Below, one piece after another: positions 17,059-26,694 of a stretch of DNA of 64,000 nucleotides. The translations under genes and the position numbers were made by a program. Each line of letters opens with the position of its first letter. Within the stretch, counting starts at the first letter, position 1. The stretch is taken from assembly GCA_041664445.1 (NCBI GenBank), contig JBAYKT010000004.1, positions 9,976 through 73,975 on the forward strand. The letters are read 5' to 3'. The stretch is from Patescibacteria group bacterium. Lineage in GTDB: Bacteria; Patescibacteriota; Patescibacteriia; Patescibacteriales; UBA12465. The notes beneath the pieces were generated by a model, which was not told where the DNA came from, did not search any database, and saw only the letters and a list, made by a program, of their open reading frames with translations.

Positions 17059-18057
17059 ATGCCTAAGAAAAACTTTTGGTTAGAACTTAAGAATAAAAAA
17101 CAACCGATTTTAGCCTTGGCGCCAATGGCCGGTTTTACTGATTCTGCTTTTCGGCAAATTTGTAAAAATTTTGGGGCCGATGTTTTGTATAGCGAGATGG
17201 CTTCGGCGACCGCTTTGTACTATAGCGATTATGCTAAAGATAAAGTTAGTCGTCAAAAGATTAAGAATGCGACGCTGGAACTCTTGAAATTTAATCGCCG
17301 ACAAGAAAAATATTATGTGGTCCAGCTTTTCGGCTCTAATCCGGAGCATTTTGCGGTTGCCGCGAAGATTATTACTAAAGAAATAAAACCGGATGGGATT
17401 GATATTAATTTTGGCTGTCCGGTTTCTAAAGTTATAAAACAAGGCGCCGGTTCCGATTTAATGAAAAATTTGCCTCGAGCGCGCGCCGTTATTGAGGCGG
17501 TTTTGAACAATACTGATTTGCCGGTATCTATTAAAATTCGAGCTAAATCAGGGAATGTCGACGCTCGGCAATTTTTAAAAACACTTTCCGATTTGCCACT
17601 GGCAGCCCTCATGATTCATGGGCGCAGCGTTAATCAGGGATTCGCCGGGGAGCCTGATTGTGACCTAATCAAAGAAGCGCGTAAATATTTTTCCGGAGTA
17701 ATTATTGCTAACGGCGGCATCAATGATTTGCGTAGCGCGCAAAAGATAATAAAAGCCAGCCAGGCTGACGGTTTAGGCTTAGCCCGAGGAATATTAGGCC
17801 GCCCCTGGTTATTCCAAGAAATTAAACAGAATCAAGAAATCCAATTATCGGTGGCAGATACTTTAGGATTAATGCTAAAACAGGCACAACTGCAAGAAAA
17901 AATAAAAGGAAGTGGCGCAATTATTGAACTACGCAAACATTTGGTTTGGTATGTTAAGTCTCTTTCTGGGGCTAGTCGCTTGCGTGAGCAATTGGTTAAG
18001 GTAGAAAGCCTTGGCGACTTAAAAAAGATTATTAAAGATTATCAAGCAATTATATGA
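17059..18057 (+). CDS. dus: tRNA-dihydrouridine synthase
   Basis: LALAPMAGFTDSAFRQICK, INFGCP, GGI..DGLGLARG motifs. I use ATG 17059 (1 nt after the cysS stop) rather than the track start 17017, which overlaps cysS. Confidence 0.9.
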   Translation: MPKKNFWLELKNKKQPILALAPMAGFTDSAFRQICKNFGADVLYSEMASATALYYSDYAKDKVSRQKIKNATLELLKFNRRQEKYYVVQLFGSNPEHFAVAAKIITKEIKPDGIDINFGCPVSKVIKQGAGSDLMKNLPRARAVIEAVLNNTDLPVSIKIRAKSGNVDARQFLKTLSDLPLAALMIHGRSVNQGFAGEPDCDLIKEARKYFSGVIIANGGINDLRSAQKIIKASQADGLGLARGILGRPWLFQEIKQNQEIQLSVADTLGLMLKQAQLQEKIKGSGAIIELRKHLVWYVKSLSGASRLREQLVKVESLGDLKKIIKDYQAII

Positions 18058-18434
18058 CCCTTTATATAAATACTGCTTCGCAAGCGGAAACCGTTATTGC
18101 GTTAATTGTTAACAATAAAAAAATTGTTTCCAAAAAGTTTAAGTTTGCTCATCGTCAGGCAGAGAAGTTATTGCCGGCAATCGATAAATTGTTAAAAGCT
18201 AATAAATTTAAACTGGCAAATATCGAGAAAATTATGGTCGCCAGTTACGGCGGTAGTTTTACTTCGCTTCGTATTGGCGTAGTGACGGCGAATGCTCTTG
18301 GCTATGCTTTAAAAGTTCCGGTTATCTCGGAAGAAACGGGGAAGGCGGATAAAGTTTTTGCCGGATATTCATTAATTGAGCCGGTTTATGATTCCGAGCC
18401 AAATATTGGTCAGCCAAAAAAATCTATTTTTTAA
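18054..18434 (+). CDS. tsaB: TsaB-like t6A biosynthesis protein, short form (N-terminal domain only)
   Basis: INTAS...HRQAEKLLPAIDKLL...GGSFTSLRIGVVTANALGYALKVPV matches the TsaB/YeaZ N-terminal half. The start overlaps the dus stop (ATGA). Confidence 0.7.
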   Translation: MTLYINTASQAETVIALIVNNKKIVSKKFKFAHRQAEKLLPAIDKLLKANKFKLANIEKIMVASYGGSFTSLRIGVVTANALGYALKVPVISEETGKADKVFAGYSLIEPVYDSEPNIGQPKKSIF

Positions 18435-18504
18435 GCCTTGACGGCCTGTGCGTTACTTGTTGAAAACTAAGAGCCAGAATTAATATAAAATTTTTATGTT
18501 TTTT

Positions 18505-18533
18505 AGCCACTTGTTGATAAGTGGCTTTTTTTA
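18505..18533 (+). terminator. Terminator after the cysS-dus-tsaB unit
   Basis: AGCCACTT-gttgat-AAGTGGCT followed by TTTTTTT. Confidence 0.7.
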
Positions 18534-18568
18534 TTAGTTTTTCTCTTATTTTAAAGTAAATAAAAGTG

Positions 18569-18597
18569 TTGACCCTAGGGGGCTGGTGGTGTATAAT
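18569..18597 (+). promoter_or_regulatory. Promoter of the mraZ (dcw) operon
   Basis: TTGACC (18569-74), 17 nt, TATAAT (18592-97). Confidence 0.65.
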
Positions 18598-18663
18598 TAA
18601 ACTTGTAAGGCAAATTGTGGGGAATGGAGGTGATTTTATTAAATCTCTTCACCCAGCAAAACG

Positions 18664-19095
18664 ATGTTTATTGGAGAATATAATCACAATTTAGATGACA
18701 AAGGCCGCTTAGCAATCCCTGCTAAGTTTCGTGCTATTTTAAAAAAGGGTGCAGTTGTGACCAAAGGCTTGGACAACTGTCTTTTTTTATATTCCAAGGA
18801 ACAGTTTGAAACTATTGCCAAGAAGTTTGCGGCTTTGCCGCTTAGCCAATCACGCGCGCGCGCTTTTGCTCGCCATATGTTAGCGGGAGCCATGGAAGTA
18901 GATTTTGATAACCAGGGACGCATAACTTTGCCTGAATATTTAAGAAAGTTTTCCGCTTTAAAAAAGAAAACGATTGTCGCTGGACTTTATAATCATTTAG
19001 AAATTTGGGATGAAGGCGCCTGGAATAAATATAAATCTGAATCGGAAAAGAATAGCAATGCGATTGCTGAAGAATTAGGCGATTTGGGAATTTAA
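18664..19095 (+). CDS. mraZ: Transcriptional regulator MraZ
   Basis: MFIGEYNHNLDDKGRLAIPAKFR plus a second DNQGRITLP repeat (two SpoVT/AbrB-like halves). Confidence 0.95.
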   Translation: MFIGEYNHNLDDKGRLAIPAKFRAILKKGAVVTKGLDNCLFLYSKEQFETIAKKFAALPLSQSRARAFARHMLAGAMEVDFDNQGRITLPEYLRKFSALKKKTIVAGLYNHLEIWDEGAWNKYKSESEKNSNAIAEELGDLGI

Positions 19096-19096
19096 T

Positions 19097-19984
19097 ATGC
19101 AATACCAACACATACCGGTAATGCTTGCTGAAGTTCTGGAACTACTTGAACTTAAACCGGGAGGAAGATATTTAGATGGGACTTTGGGCGGAGCCGGATA
19201 TACCTTAGCGATTGCCAAAGAAATCGGACCTAAAGGCCAAGTGTTAAGTACTGATTTAGATATCAATGCAATTAAGAATGCCGAACTTAAAATTAAGGAA
19301 CAAGGATTGAAAAATATTAGTTTAGCTCAGGGTAATTTTAAAAATTTAAAAACGATTGCCACTACGGTTTTCGGCGAAAAAGTTAAGTTTAATGGCATTG
19401 TTTTTGATTTAGGACTTTCCAGTTTTCAACTGGAAGATATTGAACGCGGCTTTTCTTTTAAGGGTGAACGTCCGCTGGATATGTCATTTGGTCCGCAAAT
19501 AGATAATGAAACCGTAAGCATTGTAAATAGATATCCGCTTTTGGAATTAACCAGAATCTTTCGCGAGTACGGGGAAGAGAAAATGGCTTATCAAATTGCT
19601 CAAGCCATTGTCGAAGCGCGCAAGCTTAAAACCATAAATACCACCGCTGAGCTAGTCGCTATCATTGAAGCGCGCATCCCGTTCCGTTTCCGGCGCCGCA
19701 TCCATCCGGCTACCAGAATATTTCAAGCCTTAAGGATGGAAACTAATGAAGAGCTTAAAAATTTAGTTGAAGTTTTGCCACAAGCCCTGGAACTTCTAGA
19801 AAAAAATGGCCGTCTCGTAGTTGTTTCCTTCCATAGCGGCGAAGATCGCATCGTTAAAAGATTTTTAAAAGATAACCCGGCGGTAACCGTTATTACCAAA
19901 AGACCGCTAGTCCCTAGCGACCAAGAAATTGAAACTAACCCGCGCGCCCGGAGCGCCAAGCTGAGAGCGGCGTTCAAAAATTAG
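19097..19984 (+). CDS. rsmH: 16S rRNA (cytosine1402-N4)-methyltransferase RsmH
   Basis: HIPVML.EVLE.L, DGTLGGAGY, DLG.SS.QL, FHS.EDR.VK motifs. Confidence 0.95.
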   Translation: MQYQHIPVMLAEVLELLELKPGGRYLDGTLGGAGYTLAIAKEIGPKGQVLSTDLDINAIKNAELKIKEQGLKNISLAQGNFKNLKTIATTVFGEKVKFNGIVFDLGLSSFQLEDIERGFSFKGERPLDMSFGPQIDNETVSIVNRYPLLELTRIFREYGEEKMAYQIAQAIVEARKLKTINTTAELVAIIEARIPFRFRRRIHPATRIFQALRMETNEELKNLVEVLPQALELLEKNGRLVVVSFHSGEDRIVKRFLKDNPAVTVITKRPLVPSDQEIETNPRARSAKLRAAFKN

Positions 19985-20020
19985 ATAATTTTTAAATTAA
20001 GATATAAAAAAATAAATCCT

Positions 20021-20362
20021 ATGACCAAAATGGTAAACTGCTATAGCGGACAATTAAAACCTCGGCCCGTTAAACATTCTTTGAATCTAAGGATTTTTAA
20101 TTTGTTTATATTTACGTTGATTTTTTCTCTAGGGTTTTGTCATTTACTGAATATCAGCGACCTGACAGTCAAAGGATTCGTTTTGCAAGAATTAAAAATG
20201 CAATCTGCCAGTTTAGCGGCGGAAAAAGTCGATAACGAACAGCAGGTTGATTCTTTACAATCATATTATGCTTTAAACTCTCGAGCTCAAAGTTTAAATA
20301 TGGTTAAGATTAGCGATATTGAATATTTATCAACCGGCAGTCATGTAGTCGCTAAAAAATAA
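20021..20362 (+). CDS. FtsL-like bitopic cell-division protein
   Basis: Conserved position between rsmH and ftsI. Single TM (IFNLFIFTLIFSLGFCHLL) followed by a coiled-coil-like segment. No strong sequence motif. Confidence 0.55.
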   Translation: MTKMVNCYSGQLKPRPVKHSLNLRIFNLFIFTLIFSLGFCHLLNISDLTVKGFVLQELKMQSASLAAEKVDNEQQVDSLQSYYALNSRAQSLNMVKISDIEYLSTGSHVVAKK

Positions 20363-20395
20363 GAAGTCGGCGGTTAAGGCAGATAAGTTTCTTTT

Positions 20396-22351
20396 ATGTG
20401 GCGAGACACAAAGCACAAAAACCGTTCGAGTATCGCGGTAAATAATAATCGTTTACGTCTTGTCGTGGCGGTTATTTTTTTATTGATCGGATCTCTCGTC
20501 TATAAATTATATAGCGTGCAAATCGGCCAGTTCGATATGTACACAGCGATGGCTTCATCGCAGCATCAGATTTATAGTAAGTTGGTTCCGGAAAGAGGCA
20601 AGATATTTTTTGGCGAGCGATCGCAGAACGGCAGCGAAAAGCTTTACCCGTTGGCTACCAATAAGGAGTTTGCGGAGGTTTTTATCGTTCCGTCAGCCGT
20701 CGTTAACCCGGCGGTGATGGCTGAAAAACTGTATAACTTTTTTGATAAACCAAAATTAGAAGCCGAACTTAGGGCTAAGCAGGCAACAGCCACGGAAATT
20801 GTTATTGCCACTTCTACTAAAGAAGAAATTATTGCTAAATATTTAAAGAAGACAGATAAACCCGGTGACCCCTATGAGCCTCTAGTTAGCAAGCTTGATG
20901 GTGAGGAATTAATAAAACTATATTCTTATTTTTCTGGAGATGCCAATTCCACTTCTTCCGCCCCTACGGTTAAGTCGGAGGAGCTAGAATTAAAACTCGG
21001 ACAACTAGTTTATAAGAATGATGAAACTAAGGAATTTAGCATTCCTGGTTTAGGTTTTGATTTGCAGCCCTATCGCTTTTATCCAGAAAAAGAAATTGCT
21101 TCTCAGCTTTTGGGTTTTGTGACTTATAACGACGGCGAAGGGCAGGGCAAGTATGGCTTGGAAGAGTTTTTCAATGAAGAATTATTTGGGGAATACGGCT
21201 CTCTAAAAACCGAAAAGGGCGGTGCTGGCAGCGTGATGATTGTTAACGATCGTGAGTATATTAAACCAGAAGCGGGTAGCGATATTATTTTAACTATTGA
21301 TCGCAACATAGAATCCATGGCTTGCCAGAAATTGAAGGAGGCGGTAGAAAAGCACGGCGCCAGCGGCGGCTCGGTGATTGTGATGAATCCCCAGACCGGC
21401 GCGATTATTGCGATGTGTTCCGCCCCCGATTTTAATCCTAATGATTATAAGAACGTTAAGGACATTTCCCATTATAATAACCCCGCTATTTTTTATCAGT
21501 ATGAGCCAGGTTCAGTTTTTAAAACGGTAACAATGGCAATTGCTATTGATCAAGGGAAGGTTTCGCCATCCACTACGTATAATGATAAGGGCCAGATAAT
21601 GATTGATGGTTGGCCCAAACCGATTAAAAATTCTGACTTTTCTACTCACGGACCGCATGGGGTAGTTGACATGACTTCCGTTTTGGATAATTCTCTTAAT
21701 ACTGGAGCTATTTTTGCCATGACTCAAGTTGGCCCTAAAGTATTTGCCGATTATGTAAAAAAATTCGGTTTTGGCGAGAAAACGGGGGTTGAATTGGGTT
21801 CGGAGAGTTCCGGAAATATTGCTAATCTGTTAACTAATAAGATTCGTAATATTGACGCCGCGACCGCTTCTTTTGGACAGGGATTAGCCGTTACTCCTTT
21901 ACAGATGTTGATGCCTTATCAAGCCATTGCTAATAAGGGGATGATGATGAAGCCTTATATTGTAAAAAGTATTATCAAGGCCAACGGAATTACTGAAAAT
22001 ACCACCCCTAAGCAATCCGGCCGGATAATTTCCGAAAAAACCGCGGCGACTGTTTCAGCGATGTTAGTTAATGTGGTTGAACAAGGACATTCCAAAAAGG
22101 CGGCTATTGAAGGCTATTATATTGGCGCTAAAACTGGAACTGCTCAAGTCGCAACGATTGGCGGCTACAGTGCTAACGATTATATCCATACTTTTATTGG
22201 TATTGCGCCGATTGAAGACCCCGTCTTTGTGATGTTAACTAAAATTGATCATCCGAAAGATGTCCAATTTGCCGAAGGCTCTGCTGTGCCGTTGTGGCGC
22301 GATATTGCTGACTTTATTTTAAATTATTACGCCGTCCCTAAGACTAGATAA
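20396..22351 (+). CDS. ftsI: Penicillin-binding protein 2/FtsI-type transpeptidase
   Basis: N-terminal TM anchor. Transpeptidase motifs SVFK (GSVFKTVT), SLN (NSLNTG) and KTGT (GAKTGTAQ). Confidence 0.9.
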   Translation: MWRDTKHKNRSSIAVNNNRLRLVVAVIFLLIGSLVYKLYSVQIGQFDMYTAMASSQHQIYSKLVPERGKIFFGERSQNGSEKLYPLATNKEFAEVFIVPSAVVNPAVMAEKLYNFFDKPKLEAELRAKQATATEIVIATSTKEEIIAKYLKKTDKPGDPYEPLVSKLDGEELIKLYSYFSGDANSTSSAPTVKSEELELKLGQLVYKNDETKEFSIPGLGFDLQPYRFYPEKEIASQLLGFVTYNDGEGQGKYGLEEFFNEELFGEYGSLKTEKGGAGSVMIVNDREYIKPEAGSDIILTIDRNIESMACQKLKEAVEKHGASGGSVIVMNPQTGAIIAMCSAPDFNPNDYKNVKDISHYNNPAIFYQYEPGSVFKTVTMAIAIDQGKVSPSTTYNDKGQIMIDGWPKPIKNSDFSTHGPHGVVDMTSVLDNSLNTGAIFAMTQVGPKVFADYVKKFGFGEKTGVELGSESSGNIANLLTNKIRNIDAATASFGQGLAVTPLQMLMPYQAIANKGMMMKPYIVKSIIKANGITENTTPKQSGRIISEKTAATVSAMLVNVVEQGHSKKAAIEGYYIGAKTGTAQVATIGGYSANDYIHTFIGIAPIEDPVFVMLTKIDHPKDVQFAEGSAVPLWRDIADFILNYYAVPKTR

Positions 22352-22356
22352 TAATT

Positions 22357-23643
22357 ATGAACAGGATTTTAAGATTAAAATTAAAGATCGCCGCCAAGCT
22401 TCTGCTTAAGAAATATCAGCCGAAGATTATTGGTATTACCGGTTCTATCGGCAAAAGCAGCACTAAGGAAGCTGTTTTTCATCTTTTAAACAAGAAATTC
22501 AAAGTCCGAGCCGGCCTTAAAAATTATAATAATGAAATTGGCGTCCCTCTAACTATTATTGGCGCGGAATCTCCGGGAACAAGTTTTATCGGTTGGTTGT
22601 TAATTTTTCAAAAGATTTTCCAACTGCTTATTTTTAAAGATAAAAATTATCCTGAGGTTTTAATTTTAGAAATGGGAGTTGATCGTCCCGGCGATATGGA
22701 GTATTTAACATCAATTGTTAAAGTTGATGTAGCGGTTGTCACGGCAGTTAGCTATTCTCACTTGGAATATTTTGGCAGTTTGCAGAATATCAAAAAAGAA
22801 AAGCAGGTGTTGATAGAAAAACTGGATAAGCAGGGGCTGGCAATTTTAAATTATGACAGCGAAGCGGTTAAAGAAATGGCCTCGGTTTCACGGGCGAAGA
22901 TTTTAAGTTACGGTCTTAGAAATAGCGCTAATCTGCAGGCACAAGATATTAATTATAATTTTACCCGTGATTCCTATGAACTGTCGGGAATTCATTTTAA
23001 GCTTAATGATGAGGGGTCAATCGTTCCGGTTTTTTTGAAGAATGTCATGTCGGAGCCGGCAATTTATGCCGCTTTGGCTGCTGCCGCCGTTGGCTTATAT
23101 TTTAAAATGAATTTGGTAGAAATCGCCGCCGCTCTAGGAGATTTTAGTTTACCATCAGGGAGAATGAATTTGCTCCCGGGAATCAAGCATTCATTTATAA
23201 TTGATGATACTTATAATTCTTCTCCGGAAGCCGCTATTTCGGCCGTTAATATTTTAGGTAAAATTAATATTGACGCCGCCGCGCATAAATATGCGGTTTT
23301 AGGCGATATGTTGGAGATTGGCTCTTATACCGAAGAAGGTCATCAATTGGTCGGCCAAAAAGTTTGCCAGGAAAAAATTGATTTTTTGGTAGCGGTCGGT
23401 GAACGCGCGCGCGACTTTATTAGAGGCGCTAAAGATGCTGGTTGCGGTGATGAACATCTTTTCTATTTTGATAAGGCGGAGGAGGCTGGCCATTTCTTGC
23501 AGAATCGGGTTAGAGAAGGCGATGTTATGCTAATTAAAGGATCTCAAGGAATGCGGATGGAAAAAATTGTTAAAGAATTAATGGCTGAACCAGAAAAGGC
23601 GGCTAAACTAATAGTCCGCCAAGGGAAAGAATGGGATTTATAA
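22357..23643 (+). CDS. murF: UDP-MurNAc-tripeptide--D-alanyl-D-alanine ligase MurF
   Basis: GITGSIGKSSTKE P-loop and the MurF-diagnostic NYNNEIGVPLT box, with a Mur ligase C-terminal domain. Confidence 0.85.
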   Translation: MNRILRLKLKIAAKLLLKKYQPKIIGITGSIGKSSTKEAVFHLLNKKFKVRAGLKNYNNEIGVPLTIIGAESPGTSFIGWLLIFQKIFQLLIFKDKNYPEVLILEMGVDRPGDMEYLTSIVKVDVAVVTAVSYSHLEYFGSLQNIKKEKQVLIEKLDKQGLAILNYDSEAVKEMASVSRAKILSYGLRNSANLQAQDINYNFTRDSYELSGIHFKLNDEGSIVPVFLKNVMSEPAIYAALAAAAVGLYFKMNLVEIAAALGDFSLPSGRMNLLPGIKHSFIIDDTYNSSPEAAISAVNILGKINIDAAAHKYAVLGDMLEIGSYTEEGHQLVGQKVCQEKIDFLVAVGERARDFIRGAKDAGCGDEHLFYFDKAEEAGHFLQNRVREGDVMLIKGSQGMRMEKIVKELMAEPEKAAKLIVRQGKEWDL

Positions 23644-23650
23644 AATAAAT

Positions 23651-24511
23651 ATGAAAATAATAATTTTGGGAGGACTAGGGAACCTCGGTTCACAATTAGC
23701 GCAAACTTTAGAGCGTGATCACGAGTTATTGGTATTCGATCGCGCCGATTTTGATGTTCTTGATGCGCCCGCCCTGCTAAATGTTATTCAGGATGTCAGG
23801 CCGGAAGTTTTGATAAATTGTGTGGCCTATAATGCAGTTGATAATTGTGAAGACAAAAAATTATACGAAACAGCGCTAGCCCTTAATTGTGAATTGCCGG
23901 CCCGATTAGCGCAATTGGCCTTACAATTTAATTTTCTCTTAATCCATTATTCCACCGACTATGTTTTTAGTGGCCTGGAGACTAAAAAAGAATTTTCGGA
24001 AAATGATACGCCTAACCCGCTAAACAAATATGGCGAAAGTAAATTTTTAGGCGAACAAGAAATAATTAAGCAGGCAACTAGCGGACTAAAATATTATTTA
24101 ATTAGAACTTCCAAGTTGTTTGGGCCTCAAGGCAGCAGTCCGCAAGCTAAACCCAGCTTTTTTGACATTATGTTCAAATTATCGCAAGATAAGAAGGAAT
24201 TAACCGTGGTTAACGAGGAACTTAGCTGCTTTACCTATACGCCTGATTTAGCGGCCGCCACGGCACGTTTAATCTCTTCTAAGGCTGTTTATGGTATTTA
24301 TCATCTAGTTAACGAAGGGGCGGTGACTTGGTACGACGGGGCTTTGGAGCTATTTCAATTGTTAAAACAAAAAGTTACCATTCGGCCGATTAGAAGCGAA
24401 GATTTAACTCGACCGGCTAGGCGTCCCAAGTTTTCCGTTTTACAAAACAATAAAGTAAAAAAATTGCGTTCCTATCAAGAGGCGCTTCGAGAATACTTAA
24501 ATAATTTATAA
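23651..24511 (+). CDS. rmlD: dTDP-4-dehydrorhamnose reductase
   Basis: GGLGNLG Rossmann start, STDYVFSG, YGESKFLGE catalytic YxxxK region. Confidence 0.85.
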   Translation: MKIIILGGLGNLGSQLAQTLERDHELLVFDRADFDVLDAPALLNVIQDVRPEVLINCVAYNAVDNCEDKKLYETALALNCELPARLAQLALQFNFLLIHYSTDYVFSGLETKKEFSENDTPNPLNKYGESKFLGEQEIIKQATSGLKYYLIRTSKLFGPQGSSPQAKPSFFDIMFKLSQDKKELTVVNEELSCFTYTPDLAAATARLISSKAVYGIYHLVNEGAVTWYDGALELFQLLKQKVTIRPIRSEDLTRPARRPKFSVLQNNKVKKLRSYQEALREYLNNL

Positions 24512-24515
24512 ATAT

Positions 24516-25241
24516 ATGAGAGGGATAATTTTATCAGGCGGTAGCGGTACTAGGTTGCGTCCGCTCACCAAGATAACCAGCAAGCAATTATTGCCGATTT
24601 ATAATCGACCGATGATTTATTATCCGCTTAATACTTTAATTCAAGCTGGTATCAAAGAAATTCTAATTATTGTTTCTCCGGAACGAGCTGGGGATTATCT
24701 AAATTTGCTTGGTTCCGGCAAAGAATTCGGTGTTAAGTTTACTTATGAAATTCAAGATAAGCCGGAAGGTTTAGCCCAGGCTTTTATTATCGGTCAGAAT
24801 TTTATTGACAAAGAAAGCGTCGCGATGATTTTGGGCGATAATATTTTTGAAGATGATTTTTCTGAAGATATTAAGAATTTTAAAGGCGGGGCTAAAGTCT
24901 TTGCTAAAGAAGTTCCGGACCCGGAGAGATTCGGCGTCGTTAAGTTTGGTGCGGATATGAAAGCGGAAAAAATTGTGGAAAAGCCACAAGAATTTTTAAG
25001 CAATTATGCGGTTACCGGGCTTTATGTTTATGACAATCGAATTGTGGAGGTTGCTAAGAATATTAAACCGAGCGCGCGTGGAGAATTGGAAATCACCGAT
25101 GTCAATAATTGGTATTTGGAAAAAGGCGAGCTGGAAGTCGCCATGGTGGATGGCGAATGGTTGGATGCTGGGACATTTGAGAGCCTTCTTAAAGCCCAAA
25201 ATTTTGCTAAAGAAAAACTGGACGGCAAAATGTTGATATAA
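24516..25241 (+). CDS. rmlA: Glucose-1-phosphate thymidylyltransferase (short form)
   Basis: GIILSGGSGTRLRPLT..SKQLLPIYN.PMIYYPL, typical of RmlA/RfbA-type nucleotidyltransferases. At 241 aa it could have a different sugar specificity. Confidence 0.75.
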   Translation: MRGIILSGGSGTRLRPLTKITSKQLLPIYNRPMIYYPLNTLIQAGIKEILIIVSPERAGDYLNLLGSGKEFGVKFTYEIQDKPEGLAQAFIIGQNFIDKESVAMILGDNIFEDDFSEDIKNFKGGAKVFAKEVPDPERFGVVKFGADMKAEKIVEKPQEFLSNYAVTGLYVYDNRIVEVAKNIKPSARGELEITDVNNWYLEKGELEVAMVDGEWLDAGTFESLLKAQNFAKEKLDGKMLI

Positions 25242-25246
25242 AAAAA

Positions 25247-25280
25247 GTGGGATTGAAGAGCCAATCCCACATTTTCTTTG
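25247..25280. terminator. Bidirectional terminator between rmlA and 25307..25639
   Basis: Perfect 9-bp stem GTGGGATTG / CAATCCCAC with a 6-nt loop, A-run upstream and ATTTTCTTTGTTTTT downstream. Confidence 0.7.
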
Positions 25281-25306
25281 TTTTTAAAAGTTTGTTTTGT
25301 TTGGTT

Positions 25307-25639
25307 TTAGCCGAAGATGGCGACAGCAATTTTTGATTTCGGATGAATAATTTTACCCGGACTTTCTACAACTGTGCCGTTGAGACTGAAAGAGGGGAAA
25401 ACCCGATACTCGCTGTCAAATTCGACAACATTTACAGCCACTTTAGTGAGCTTCAGATTGGTTTCCAGGAAGTTAGTGACTCCCTGAGCAACTTTTTCTT
25501 TACTTTTGCCATTAATACTTGGCAAGTGGCCACGAATGGCGTCCATCACTTGTGCGGCTGCATTATCCGCAATTTCGTCTGCTAAAACCTTCATCATACC
25601 ATTTGCGGTATGAACATTTAAACCTTTTGCTTTGTTCAT
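25307..25639 (-). CDS. Hypothetical 110-aa protein
   Basis: Isolated minus-strand ORF with its own terminator and an AT-rich upstream region. No motif recognised. Confidence 0.55.
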   Translation of the reverse strand: MNKAKGLNVHTANGMMKVLADEIADNAAAQVMDAIRGHLPSINGKSKEKVAQGVTNFLETNLKLTKVAVNVVEFDSEYRVFPSFSLNGTVVESPGKIIHPKSKIAVAIFG

Positions 25640-25737
25640 GATAACTTTTTTTAAAAAAATTTTGAAAAAGAACTTAACTAATAAAGTAAAATACTTTATT
25701 AATCTATAATATACTATTTCTTCATTTTTGTCAATAT

Positions 25738-26694
25738 ATGAAACTTGTGGTTGGATTTATTACTTATAACGATTCTAGCGCCAAATATTTAGGTGATTTT
25801 TTGCCTAGTTTAAGGGCCGCTTTGGCTTTTTTACCGCTTGAAGAAAGGCTAATTTTTGCCTTTGATAATAGTAGTCCAGATAACAATTTTAACCGCTTGT
25901 CGCTGGAATATTTTATTAAAGATAATCCTGAGGAATTAATCAGATTAACTAGAAATAAAAATCTCGGTTTTAGCCGCGCCTATAATTTTATGATTAGGCA
26001 GGCTAAAAAATTGCATGCCGATTATTTTTTAGCCATCAATCCGGACACCATTATGGAGCCAGATACTATTCAAAAATTATTGGCAAAAATCAGTAGCGAC
26101 CCGAAAATAGCCTCAGTCAGCCCGAAAATTTTGCGCTGGGATTTTGTTCGGCAAATCAAGACTAAACAGCTTGATTCTTGTGGTTTAGTGCTAAAATCTG
26201 GCTTAAGCTTTAGAGATTTGGGGCAGGGAGAGCTCGATGAGGGCCAGTATGACACCGCCTCCATTCTGGGGCCATCAGGTGCCGCCGCCCTGTATCGTCT
26301 GAGTGCTTTGGAAAAAATTAAGACTAATCACGACTATTTCGATTCCCGGTTTTTTATGTACAAAGAGGATTGCGATTTAGCTTATCGGCTGGAGAAAGCC
26401 GGTTTCAAATCGCGTTTAGTGGCCGAGGCTTTAGTCTATCATGATCGCACAGTTGGGTCTTTTGGCCAGGGATTTTGGGGGCGTTTTAAGGAAAGGCGCC
26501 AGCTAAGTCGACAGGCAAGAGCCTGGTCTTTTAAGAACCAACACCTTCTTTTTGTCAAACATTTTTGGCAAGAGAATCTGGTCAGCAAACTGCTAATTAT
26601 GTCTCGGATTATTGTTTTGTTTATTTTTTCGCTTATATTAGAACAATTTAACTTAAAAGAATATTTGTCGATTTGGCGCTCTTTCAAGGCTTGA
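25738..26694 (+). CDS. Family 2 glycosyltransferase
   Basis: VGFITYN.., FDNSSPD, LAINPD (DxD-type) and YKEDCDLAYR, typical of GT2 rhamnosyl/glycosyltransferases. C-terminal hydrophobic segment. Confidence 0.8.
   Translation: MKLVVGFITYNDSSAKYLGDFLPSLRAALAFLPLEERLIFAFDNSSPDNNFNRLSLEYFIKDNPEELIRLTRNKNLGFSRAYNFMIRQAKKLHADYFLAINPDTIMEPDTIQKLLAKISSDPKIASVSPKILRWDFVRQIKTKQLDSCGLVLKSGLSFRDLGQGELDEGQYDTASILGPSGAAALYRLSALEKIKTNHDYFDSRFFMYKEDCDLAYRLEKAGFKSRLVAEALVYHDRTVGSFGQGFWGRFKERRQLSRQARAWSFKNQHLLFVKHFWQENLVSKLLIMSRIIVLFIFSLILEQFNLKEYLSIWRSFKA

Noticed and set aside
18563-18633. Possible MraZ-binding repeats (GTG-containing boxes AAAGTGT, GGTGGTG, TTGTGGGG, AGGTGA) around the mraZ promoter
   Set aside because: Spacings are irregular (23, 28 and 13 nt) and the boxes differ from each other. 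This does not match the evenly spaced direct repeats reported for MraZ operators, so it is not supportable from sequence alone.
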